64,000 nucleotides of DNA from Bugula neritina (Eukaryota > Animalia > Bryozoa): NCBI GenBank assembly GCA_964035545.1, contig OZ037767.1, forward strand, positions 9,000,581-9,064,580, read 5' to 3'. Positions 52,351 through 63,756 of the stretch are shown here, one piece after another (the stretch's first letter is position 1; the number at the start of each line of letters is the position of its first letter). The position numbers and the translations under genes are program-made. The notes beneath the pieces are model-generated. The model worked only from the letters and a program-made list of their open reading frames with translations, had not been told where the DNA came from and did no database searches.

Positions 52351-52848
52351 TGACCACTCGAGCAAGTTGTCTTTAAATACTCGGACAGATATTCTATCAT
52401 AACCTATAGCCTTTCGTGTTTATCAAACCTTTTCTCTAGAGCTCGCGGGCATACATTGGTCGTGTAGTAGACTTGTCTGCTGGAAGACTTTTACCCATAG
52501 CTCAAGTGAGTGGCCAAGTTTGATATTCATGCAGTTGTTGCAGTCATGTGGATTTTCCTCTTTACAGCCGAAAAACCATCTTACACCTTACTTTGAATTT
52601 TCAAAACAGAACAAAGGGGTTTTGATTCACTGTCTTATCTGGCAGTAAGTCAAATCAAATCCATGTTTCTCAACAGTTGACTTGGGCCAAGCATTTCAAA
52701 TTATTATCTGATCAGCAAGTACTAATTTACACTGAGAAGAATGATTTCATTAACATTGAATGTTAATATCAATTTTTAACAATTTTCATTTCTGTTAGTA
52801 GTTTTTAGCCCTTTACAGCTCAATCTAGCAGTATGCTGCCTGTTTTAG

Positions 52849-55800
52849 TTTACCTATACCCCTCTGGAAGACCTGTCTACTACAAAATGTTCTCAGGTGC
52901 ATATCTTTGGTGTTGTGAAGAGTTGTAGATGTGCCAACCAAACCACCAGAGGCACTAGTAAGTATAACAAATGCAGCTAATTATAATCCAAGCACTCAAG
53001 TTGCCTCTTTTAGGAGCTGTAGTGGAGATATTTAGATGGCCTAAGTTCTTTAAATTTTATTATTAAATTTTGGTTTGGCAGATTGAAATTCTTGCTAGAA
53101 CATAACTTATTTTGCTACATTTTTATCTAGAACACAGGCTTTTCTCAATTTCTCCATTACTGCACCTACCTTAAGTTTCTATTATAAAATTTCCTATAAT
53201 ATTATATTTTGGACAACATTCAACTGCAAGTTATTCAACTTTCTACTTACCAGTTTCTGTTGTAGGTTATTATACAACGGTTATCTTACACAATAAAGCC
53301 CTATACACTCAAAGATGCCAATTTTCTGTGTCCATATTTAGCAACACTGTCAGTGATTTGCCAAAATGTCAAGTTGGAGATATTCTTCGTTTAAATTATG
53401 TTATGGTGAATATATATTACATCTACTTCATCAATCTATTATGTAGTGCTGTATGAACAGTAGACTATTAGGAAGTGTAATGTTTGTTTTTTTTAAAAGA
53501 AAGTTCTCTTCTATTTATTTTAACTTTAAATCGAAACCATCTAGATTTTACTTGTTCAAATTTGTTTCGAAAATTGGCCTTTTGTGCATGGAGAAAACTG
53601 CTGTTGGAGTTACCCTACCACAAAGAATTGGTAAGCTAAAAGTGGGTAACAAATTATATTTTGTTACTATTAAATTTTACTTTTTCAAACTAATTATTGC
53701 ACAATTGATAAATATGAAAGCAGACCATCTAAATTCTAAACAGTAGTTAGCCAACTGAATAACAACTGCAGAACTGTTTTGCAGCATTTGTTTAGCATGC
53801 CTTTTAACAATCCCATTGTATTATCCCGTTTTGCTGTTTGTTCATGCTGGATTTTGCATCCTTTATTGTAGCAAAACTTTTATTTTTGCTATTTATATTC
53901 AATTACTCATTTCTAGAATTTTATGTTTGTAATATTATGTTAAAAGTTTTTAGTGGTCTAAAAGACCGTGAAATGTCTTCATTGTGACTAATTAAAAGTT
54001 ATTATGTAGTCGAGAGGGTGTTCCTCGGCAATTGAATTTAGTATTTAGTTGATTTTAAGACGTTACATTGCAGGTGGACAAATTTCGAAGTACAACAAAT
54101 GGCAAAATGCAGATGCATGGAAAGGGGCGATGGGCATTGTTCTCTTTAGAGAGTAGAACACTGAAATGCAATGCGTCATCACCGCCATTGTCCCAAGATC
54201 TTACTGTTGAGGAGCAGAATATGGTGAGGGTTTTCTTACATCTGCAGATAGCCCAGCATGGCAACCTTCATCAAACATCTGTTTAGCTCTTTGAACTTCT
54301 CCTGCTGTTTCTCCCCATTTTTCTCATCTTATTCCAGTCAAATAGATGTAAATTATAGCTAGTGTAGCAGATGCCTTGTTATTTTTGACAGTATCCAACC
54401 ATTAGAAAATTATGTAGTTTAATGAGATTGAATAGTGCCAGCATCTCTATTGAGTAGTTAAGTTCAGTTTGTAATAAAACACAACACATCTAGGAGTTGT
54501 CCTTCTCACGTAGTAAAACAACCCAGAACTTAGGCACCACTGGCTATCTCAAACCTTCTTTAGAGTGCAGTCTATTGCTGCTGTTCCATTTAATTCTCTT
54601 TCTAGCCCTACCATTATGCCAGACATTCCATGCAACTAAAATCAGAGCAACTAGAGTATTTGATCTCTTAGAATCAACCACAAAACAAACCCTCGTATCA
54701 CAACTCTTCAATTGTCTAAAAACTTTGATATCTTCAAACTATCAACGAGCCAGTCTGTTAAAACAGCTGTTTATTATTTCCTATTGTATTTTTATTTCAT
54801 GGAGAAGCTCAGCCTCAACACTGGGCTAACTACTGTTGGATCTCTAAATACAGACGAAGTAGGGCTCTGTGCTGTTCATGTCTCGTTAACTGCCTTAATT
54901 ATCTGATACAATGTGCACACGCTATGCTATATACATGTAGTAGTAAAATGAATCTGTTTTGAAGATAGTGGAGCTAAGAAACTGGAGAGACGTGATGTAT
55001 GGAGAATGCGTTGCTGTAGTATCTACCAGAGGAAACCAATGTCCACCAATCAGGATAGACGACTGCACCTCACTCTCACAAATGAAACTCGGCAGATACA
55101 TGCATCTCAAAGGCTTAGTTGAGTATCACACTATCAATAAACTCCCTTCTTCATAGTTTTGTTGTTAAGGCTGGGTAATCATTGTATTGTTAACCTCGTG
55201 GCACGCTAATCAGAATTATGTGAATGTTTCAGAAGCACTAATCTTTTTATGATGGTTAGGCTTGTCTTGTTAAATTGTGCTGTGTACTGTCTACACACGG
55301 AGCTTCAGTAAATGTGTATATTCCAACACCATGCCATTTGTTCACTGTTCCTAATGTATTGTGTTGTACAGGAATCAAAGCACTTCTAGTCACTACTTGG
55401 AATTATCTTCTCTTGTCAAAAATATAGTATTAAGGTAGTAATACTGCTCTGGTATGAAGTTTTCAAATCAGTTATTATCGCGAGCAAGCTATGCCATTTT
55501 GCTGAGTGTCCTTCACGGATGTTTTACCTGTATTGCTTGCCTGAAGTTGATAAAAGCGTAATGTATCATACTGTTTAGCCAAATTATTGTAGCATAGCAA
55601 TGTAATGTTCATAAATTGCTCATTATGAACTGATATGCTGTATTAGCAATAAACTATACTTATTTATCATGTATTTCTAGGTTGTTGATAAAGATGTACT
55701 GACATTGTCAACTGTCAATGTTTGCTCCATCAAGATCATGGATGGCACATTGCCAAACATGTATGTACTCCTTAAAATAATCTCAAGGTTTAAAAGAAGC

Positions 55801-57604
55801 TGAAATGCCATGTGGTCTGTTTCACATGTAGAGTGCTGCATTTAGCAATTGATAGTATTGCACTGTTAATTATTAATCTGAATATCTCTGCCACCACTGA
55901 TCTAAATTGAATAAAAGGAATTTTAACATTTCAAGTTTTAGTTGAAGTCCCAGTGTTTCTAGTACTACATGTATAATCTATGTTTCATTTTTAGTGAATG
56001 TGAACCACAGAACCTCGTGTTAAATAATTCTTTCAATCAACTTTTGCCTGCTAAATATGCAGTCTCAATTGTAGCCTATGGACCCCAGGCTACTGCTGTA
56101 AGCCAGTGTGAGGTAAATTTTCCAACAGTTTGTTATAAATATTATCTTGTATTTCTATGCTCTTCATTGAGCACTTGCCAAGTCTATTTCAACCTTATCT
56201 GTTACATTATAACATCCTTTTGATGCTTTTGATTTCAGTTTTATTGTTTAGTTGAATTGCAGTTTTGCTGAAGTTTTTACGCGTCCATGCATCCCACTTT
56301 GCAGTTTTGAAAGTTGAGTATGTTTGACTCCAAGATGTTGTAACTACTTGCAGCTGGGCTCCTATTATCTGTTCGCAAACGTTCACTGCAGCGTTCATAA
56401 GTTTAGTGGCAAAACGAAGCTCTACCTTCACCAGGAGAATGAGTTGCTGCCTACTCGGCTATCTGATGAGCAATCTCTGGATACCGAAGAGGTCATTGTA
56501 ACTGAACTGTGCACCTTGCATGCTGACAGTTGTAGTGTTCACAGAACTAGTAGGAAACACGAGTCACTCTATGTGTTGGTTCAGAAAGCTAACAGAATAC
56601 AGATCTGTTTCGCTCCTCCACATTTGAATGCGGAAGGTTCGTACACAACATGGTAGTGTTCTGCAGACATTCTCCTGCAGTTAGATATAATCTATAGACT
56701 GGAAATTTTAGATTACTTTGCATGCAGACGCAATAACTTTCTTTCTGCATTGTGCTAAACTTTAGTTTCATATCTACTTTGCAAGTTTTTCAAAATTGAT
56801 TGTAAACTGTTTACTTCGTTGGACGTTAACCAGTTGGCTAATATCACCCTGGTGGGTAGCATGTCTTACAAACTATGAAACAATGTTATAGATTGTCTTT
56901 TTTTTTAACAAAATCTATCTATTGAACTAATATCTGTGTGTGTATTCAATTTTTATGATTTGATTAATCATTTTTTGACGCCCTGATATGTGAGCTAGTT
57001 TCATGTTATACTAGCAGTTGTTCTCTCTTACATAGTGAAGTGTGACTCATAACCCTTTTGTGATTAAAATATTTTCCCAAAGTGTTAACTTTACCATATG
57101 TATCACTGTCTTTTTAGAGGCCGTAATATGTAACCTTGACACGACCATTCTCGTTGGGGACCTTGAAGAGGTCAGTATGTCAAGATTACGCAAGTTACAC
57201 CTATGCAAGGCACACATGGAAAATCCTGTCTTATTTAAAGTAATATGCAATATCTTGCCTTCCTTTGTATGTGAGGAGATTCCGTTAGAACAAAGGTATG
57301 TTTTTAAATATTTTATAGATTTTAGTCTAAAACATTTTACTCATTCTGAGAATCAAACTGTGTCTCGAAAGTACAGCAGTTAAATGTTGTCACTATGATT
57401 AGCTAACAGGCTCTTAGCTATACAACTAAGCTGGGTGGGGGGGGAGCTGTTGATCTATTTGTGAACCAGCCAAGATCTGGTAGCTAAGTGTTGCTTTATT
57501 GCAGCAGAGACCATGGAATTGGCAGGAGGTCTCTACAAGTCACTCTTCAAGATGAACAGGATAGAGAAAATATATTGACTGCTTCAGTTTTGCCTGAAGA
57601 TTTG
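52849..57604 (+). CDS. POT1: Protection of telomeres 1-like OB-fold protein; start and last exon(s) unresolved
   Basis: Exons 52849-52957, 53266-53405, 54074-54223, 54965-55117, 55681-55760, 55995-56112, 56354-56636, 57118-57295 and 57505-57604, with consistent phases. OB1: FTYTPLEDL...VHIFGVVK...RGTSYYTTV...SIFS...LP...VGDILRL...TVEEQNMIVELRNW. OB2: KIMDGT...VSIVAY...LGSYYLFANVH...LYLH. These resemble POT1 motifs YIYTPL, VNVYGVVK, GDIVRF and VWDGT. A candidate start exon is 50353-50388. Confidence 0.85.
53011..53168 (+). mobile_element. MITE copy 2 (in a POT1 intron)
   Basis: TAGGAGCTGTAGTGGAGA ... TCTCCATTACTGCACCTA TIRs. Confidence 0.8.
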
Positions 57605-58209
57605 GTAAACAATTATAGTTCTTGTGAAATTTTTTGAACTTTGTTATTCTGAGTAGTTTTTAGACAAAAAGTAGATGGTGATAAAAAGAACTAGTTTTAA
57701 GTAAAGCTGCCTAAAATCTCTATGCTTGCAATTACTCTTCCTTTGGCTCAGATTTACACCTTGAAACTAAACGTCTGCATTTCAACACACACAAAAAACA
57801 AAGCACAATTTTCTACCTCTTTATAAACCAAAGCTTTCATTTTTAGCAACAGTTATGTCTACGGAGAAATAAGGAGAAACATCTCTTATGTCTGTCTCAT
57901 TTCCTTCCGGTATGCCACGTTCAAGAGCAAGTTACCCAAGTGACTTATATAAATAGAGCTACTCTAGCTGTCCAACTGTTTAAAGGAACTTTATACATCT
58001 GTCACACTCGACTTAATAAAGTTTAGAGTATCGTGTGACACATGAGCAGTTTTGACATTGTATTATTATTCTTATTTTAAGGGCGTCTCGATATGTGTAT
58101 TACAGTTTATATATTAGCTACTTTGCTTATAAGTTGTGAGCATCCATACATGCATGTGTGTGCTGTAGATTCTGCTCAATAAAGTGTTATCCTCATAGAT
58201 ACAGTAGAC

Positions 58210-58279
58210 TATACAATATATACATACATATATACATACATATATACATACATATATATATACATACATACATATATAT

Positions 58280-58363
<84 letters not shown>
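58210..58363. repeat. (TA)n/(TACA)n microsatellite
   Basis: Direct inspection. Confidence 0.98.
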
Positions 58364-58365
<2 letters not shown>

Positions 58366-58636
58366 CAAGATCAGACACCCATCTGGCAATTTCCCCTGCA
58401 AATTCCTGTGGTAATTTTCGTATTCAGTTGTAATATAAAAATTCAAGTACCAACTTGTAAATATTAAAATTGGTCAAATATTTGCATTTTAGCATCTCCC
58501 ATACCTATGCACCTCTTGTGTTTAATGTATCAGCACCACTTGTGTTTAATGTATCAGCACCACTCTAACTGCAACCATCTGATATTTTGACTATTGAGTG
58601 TTACTTTGATGCAGTGAAGATTACTTAGTGAAGTGT

Positions 58637-58833
58637 AGTAGTACTCCGAGGGAGTCGAGTGGCCAAGGGAGTCTGAAGACTGAAGGAGTAGTAGAGACGC
58701 CAGTGGAGTTCAGAGAACTGGGTGGGATGTAATGTTGAGTTTACCCAGTGGCCCCTGTGGTGTAATTGGTTAGCGCCCCTGCTTGCAAGCCGGACGTCTG
58801 TGGTCCGAATCCCGATGAGGGCGATTGTTTTTT
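58637..58833 (+). repeat. Repeat unit: ~113-bp leader plus tRNA-like module (58751-58824) and T-run
   Basis: A box TGGTGTAATTGG, B-box-like GGTCCGAATCC, loop region CTTGCAA and mismatched stems, followed by TTGTTTTTT. The leader is shared with 59838-60026. Confidence 0.7.
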
Positions 58834-59457
58834 ATTTTCAGCTGATAAAGAATAGATCATAGAGTTTGACTTGGTGAACCCAGATATTTCTGATATTGAA
58901 GAAGTCTATTGTTTGCATGAATCTGAGAAGAAGCCTCTATTACAATAATCAATATGTTTATTAAGAACTAGTTGAAGTATGCTGAAGTAAACATTCTGTG
59001 TCACCAAATTTTTTTCTGCTGGTGTGAAAATAGCAGATCATGCTAGCTTTTCAAGTTATTTATTGAAAAAAATCCAGTTTTGTGATATTATATATTTATT
59101 ATTGATACTGAATTAAGTTTCTGATATATGCGTTGTCTGTAAATAGTAGATGCATTAAGCCGTATTTGTAACTAGTATATGGATGAACTTTATTTATAAA
59201 AAAAACAGTAGCAACGACTATTGCCATAATTTTTTATTGTATGCTGTATGCTACTACTGTAGGCTGTAATTTAAAAAGTATAGGCCTACTAATTGTCTTA
59301 ATAAGTAATTTTAGAAGATAATTAAAGCTCAAATAAAATTTCATGGTTAGTTTTTTCAATTTACAGCAAAATTTGAGAGTTGAATGGAGAGAGAGAATAT
59401 ATGCATATGCATTCTATAGTTGCTTGCTACATTGGATGGTATTATTTGACATCTTTG

Positions 59458-62400
59458 TCAATTGCAAATTCCTGTCTTAAACGCATATGCAGAAATACAA
59501 TCATAAGCTTTTTTACTACTATAACACATGATATCTCTGCACAAAGTGGGTGTGATTCCAAGCTGCGGGTGGTATCGAGTAGACTCCACAATGGAGGAAT
59601 GTTGAGACCTAATGGTTTCCAGGCATAACTGTTTAGTAACTCTGGTATTTAGCTGAGTGAAGTACGCCACCTGCAAACAGATAAATATTAGTTTTATGAC
59701 TCCCAAAAACAAGCTCAAAACAAAGTAACTATAGTGTTGAGGTTGTCCAGTAGTCCCTGTAGTGTAATGGTAGTGGGCTCGAGTCCCAGTAGAAGCACAA
59801 CTATTTTATAAGCTATTTCAGCCTTTAGTGTCGCGCAGTAGTACTCCAAAGAAGTTGAGAGATCAGGGCAGCCTGGAGACTGGAGGAGTAGTAGAGATGC
59901 CAGTAGAGTTAAGAGAACTGGGTAAGATTTAGTGTTGAGATTACTCCTTAATCCAGTGGTGTAATGGTAGCTCTTCCCCCTCCTTGCAAAACTGGAAGTC
60001 ATAGCTTCAAATCTCAGTGGGAGCAAAAGCTGTATAATAATAAGTCATAACGGAACACTTTCAGAGATATTGTAATGCATTTTTCTAATAAAAAGTTGCA
60101 TTCAATAATCATAATTTTAATATTTTATTTTTTCACCTCCTCCCAGAATTCTGGTTCCTTTAGTTTTGGTTGACTCCACCAGAGTTTTGATACAGCGTCA
60201 TACAGTATCTTATCCCCCAGATTAACTTCTTTAGATAACACTTTCTTGATAGATTCATGAGATAACTTTGTTAGTCTTGATGATAGTACATTTTGACTAA
60301 CATAAAATATATCTGAATATTCCCAGCAGAACCTTTTTTTCATTATTACCAGCGAAGCATCAAATTTCTCATTCAACATCGGTAAATCAATCCTACAACA
60401 AAATATAAAATATTGCCTAGTGACTTATTTTCAATGCTAGCTGGTTTCACATTTTAATGCCGACACCAGTCAAAATAATGATCTAGTTGCAGTTGATACC
60501 AGTTGAGAGAATAATTTGGTCTAGGACTGTACAACTAGTGGCTACAAAGCCAGACGTGGTCCTCATCCTACATTCCAATAGCCATCAAAGGTAAAATTAT
60601 TTTGCACACATATTTATGAATTGAAGTAGGAAAGACAACTTTTTAAATGTCTTACTTATATCCATGCTACAAAGCATGCAGCCTGCAGCAATTATTTGGA
60701 CATCATTGTGTAACGATTCATAGAAATTTTGAATAAAGTAACACAGGATAAATAAGGGCATGATCACCAAGAATAGCATAACTTTCACTCCAAAGTAGTT
60801 TACTGAACTAGAAATATTGTTAACTTTGTATCTGGTTTGAAGTATATAAGCTGCTTTTAAAATTAGTTTGAAGCGATTAAACCAATCGTGTATATTTCAT
60901 TTCTTTTACAAATCATAAATAATTGTTGAACAATTTGCTAAAAGTTTCAACAATATTGTGCTACCATCAACTTACTTCGGAACAATGTCTTTTACAAACT
61001 CTGTTATAGCCGTCATGTTATCTTTCTGATTGTAGTCAAATCCTAACCATTGCAAACAGGAAAGATGAAACCAGCTCATCATACCTGCATGTCGTTCGGT
61101 TCTATTTTTGAATAGAATATTATCATCCTGTATAATCTTATTAGGATCCTAAAATCAGAAACAACAAAAACTGAGAAATCCAGTTATATATGTTTAGTAC
61201 AAGAGCTTCTTGTCATAACCAATCAATGAAATTTTTTCTCGAGTCACTATTGTGTGTGTATTTTCTTCTCTAGTCAGTGCAGTACAAATACCTGCAAGAT
61301 AAACTGCATTTTGCTATACTACAATAATCGGTTTGTCTGAATGTATATAAACTACATTATACATGTTTAGCACGTAAGCCAAGCTTCAACATTGATTGAA
61401 GACTTGCAAGATTTAGTATAACGCCAAGTTGCATGAACAGCTAACTATGAAACTGCAGTCAGCAAATTAATAGTTTAGATGTTTTAAAACTGCTTTAAAA
61501 CAACCATATTAAACTGCTTTTAGTTTACCTGGCCATTAATACCTATGTTTCTAGAAAAATCTCTAATAGCTGACTTTATCCATGAAGTTGGCTCTCGCAC
61601 TGGAACTATTAACTTGAAGTCTTTCTGAATGTGTCTGTCAAAGATTGATCTGTTATATTTAGCATGATGGATAAGAACATCCGCTTTGTCTACCTTTACT
61701 GGACCAATGTGCCAAACTGAAAGAAAAAAGTATTAGTTTTTTTATTGCATTCTAGTAATTAAAATTCAAAATGACAAACAAAATTTGCAGATGCATTTAT
61801 TTGTAAGTTGAACTTTTTTATCTTAATATGGTTTAGGATGATAACTCTGAAGTTGAACAATTATAAAATTAACACCATAGTAGTTTAGATCAAATTATGT
61901 ATCACATGCGTCGCAGTATCACATTTATCACAGTGTCACATGTATCACAGTGTCACATGTATCACAGTGTCACATGTATCACAGTGTCATATGTATCACA
62001 GTGTCACATGTATCACAGTGTCACATGTATCACGGTGTCACATGCATCACCTTGTCACGTGTATTGCAGTGTCACGTGTATCACAGTATCACATATTTTA
62101 CAGTGGCACATGTTTCACAGTGTCACATTTATTGCAGTGTCACATGTATCACGGTGTCACATGCATCATGGTGTCACATGCATCACCTTGTCACGTGCAT
62201 CGCAGTGTCACATTTATCATATACATTATAGAATAAAGTAAACCTGTAGGCCAGTTCATATGGAATTGCATATCCCTATAAATTAGTTTTCCTACGTCAC
62301 CAAACATTTATAAACTGAGCTAAACTATATTGCTTGTTTTCTTGATCAAAATGTTTGCAAGAGAGATCGGGATTTCAGTGCAAAAACAGATTATCACAAC

Positions 62401-63364
62401 TGAGGGAATTTCTTTCTTTTCTACTTAAACTTTTTAAATTTGTTTCAGATGCAACTAAACTCTAGCTAATTTATTACACATGTATCTTGCAATTTTTTCA
62501 AACCTTCTACTGTGATTATCCGATTGTTATCTACAAATATTTATATTCCAGTATATAGTGTGGGAATTCAAACCTTGGCCTGGTTTCTGCCAGTCTATAT
62601 GCATCTTCTTGTTAGGGCTAGGAACCAATATGTTCAGTTGGTTACTTCTCACAAATCTCGATAGCAGAGTGAACAAGGTGGATGTTCCAGTTTTCTCAAT
62701 TTTCACCATCACAAATTGTTTTCTTTTGTTCGGACAGAGGTTTGCTAATTAGAAGTAAAACAGTTGTCAGAGTACTAGAGATAACTTTGCACTGCTTAAT
62801 ACACCACAACTCTTTAAATTTTAGTAATATTGCATATAACATGTTAGTGTGCTGTTTAGTATTTAAACTTTATTAAACATGTTACTTTTAGCATGATTTT
62901 TAGCAAAACTTAACATATAACTGCTAGCATGATGTTTAGTATAGCTCTACATAAAATGAAAGCATGCTGTTTAGCACTTACATGAATGCATCTGTGGTTT
63001 AATATCTTCATCTTCACTATGCTTTATAAATGGAGGTTTCTTTGAGTTTTCCTGTGTGTAGGACAGCCTTAGGGACACATCTCTTAGTGCTGAGCTCCTA
63101 GAGATTTATTTACATACAGTGAAGTGAAAAAGTGAGTCTGCATGTATGACTATAAATATGCATGTATGACTATAAATATGTATGATTATAAGTATCAACA
63201 TGTTACATTATACTGCAGTAGAGTGTAGAGTGACAGGTGGTGAAAAACTGAGCACTCCCTATTAGAAAAAGCTGATGAAAACTGAGATTGAGAATAATAC
63301 ATACTTACATTGCAGATGAGTTATAGAAAAAGAATGCAAGATAAATAAGACTGATAAAAAAACT
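59458..63364 (-). CDS. Galactose-3-O-sulfotransferase-like Golgi type II membrane sulfotransferase; start codon not located
   Basis: Exons 63309-63364 (TM SFFISLIYLAFFFY), 62982-63097, 62574-62744, 61529-61716, 61292-61318, 60976-61148, 60137-60392 and 59458-59670, with consistent phases. 5'-PSB MVKIEKTGTSTL; 3'-PB VREPTSWIKSA; also EKFDASLVIMKKRFCWEYSDIFY and NLGDKILYD. Confidence 0.85.
59730..60026 (+). repeat. Two further copies (one partial, one full) of the leader + tRNA-like repeat, in the last intron of the GAL3ST-like gene
   Basis: 59838-60026 aligns by eye to 58637-58824. 59730-59798 keeps the leader end, A box and B box but lacks the anticodon arm. Confidence 0.7.
61898..62220. repeat. 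17-bp minisatellite TGTATCACAGTGTCACA, about 18 copies, intronic
   Basis: Direct inspection; it generates three spurious ORFs. Confidence 0.95.
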
Positions 63365-63594
63365 CTATAAGTATTAATATTAAAGTGATTTTGATTTTTC
63401 TTAGAGCCATTGTATATACCTTCTTCCTTGCTACTATCTAAATACTGAAAAGAATGCTGTTATATACAAACGTTGCATTATACACACAGTTGAACAAATA
63501 CAGCATCAAACTCTAATTTCAAAGAGCTATGATATTGTTATGAGGTTTTATGCCTCACTAGTTAAACTCAATTCAACTTGAACTCCATCGGAAG

Positions 63595-63756
63595 TAGGTG
63601 CAGTAATGAAGAAATTGAGAAAAGCCAGTGTTCTAGAAGAAAAATGTAGCAATGGAAGTTGTGTTCTCACAAGAATTTAAACCCGCCCCCCAAACCAAAA
63701 TTTAATAATAAAACTAAAAAGCTTAGGCTATCTCGATTTTTCCACTACTGCTCTTA
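63595..63756 (-). mobile_element. MITE copy 3 (inverted)
   Basis: Reverse complement matches 53011-53168. Confidence 0.8.

Noticed and set aside
45562-57604. Functional link between Penelope RTs (telomerase relatives) and the adjacent POT1 gene
   Set aside because: Both PLEs are decayed and sit among many unrelated TEs, so adjacency alone is not evidence.
58114-58446. YI-repeat ORFs
   Set aside because: Translation of a (TA)n microsatellite.
58751-58824. Functional tRNA-Ala(TGC) or tRNA-Cys(GCA) gene
   Set aside because: The acceptor, anticodon and T stems all contain mismatches, TTC is changed to TCC, and the anticodon register is ambiguous.
61897-62241. Cys/His-rich ORFs resembling a metal-binding protein
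   Set aside because: All three frames are open because of the 17-bp intronic minisatellite.
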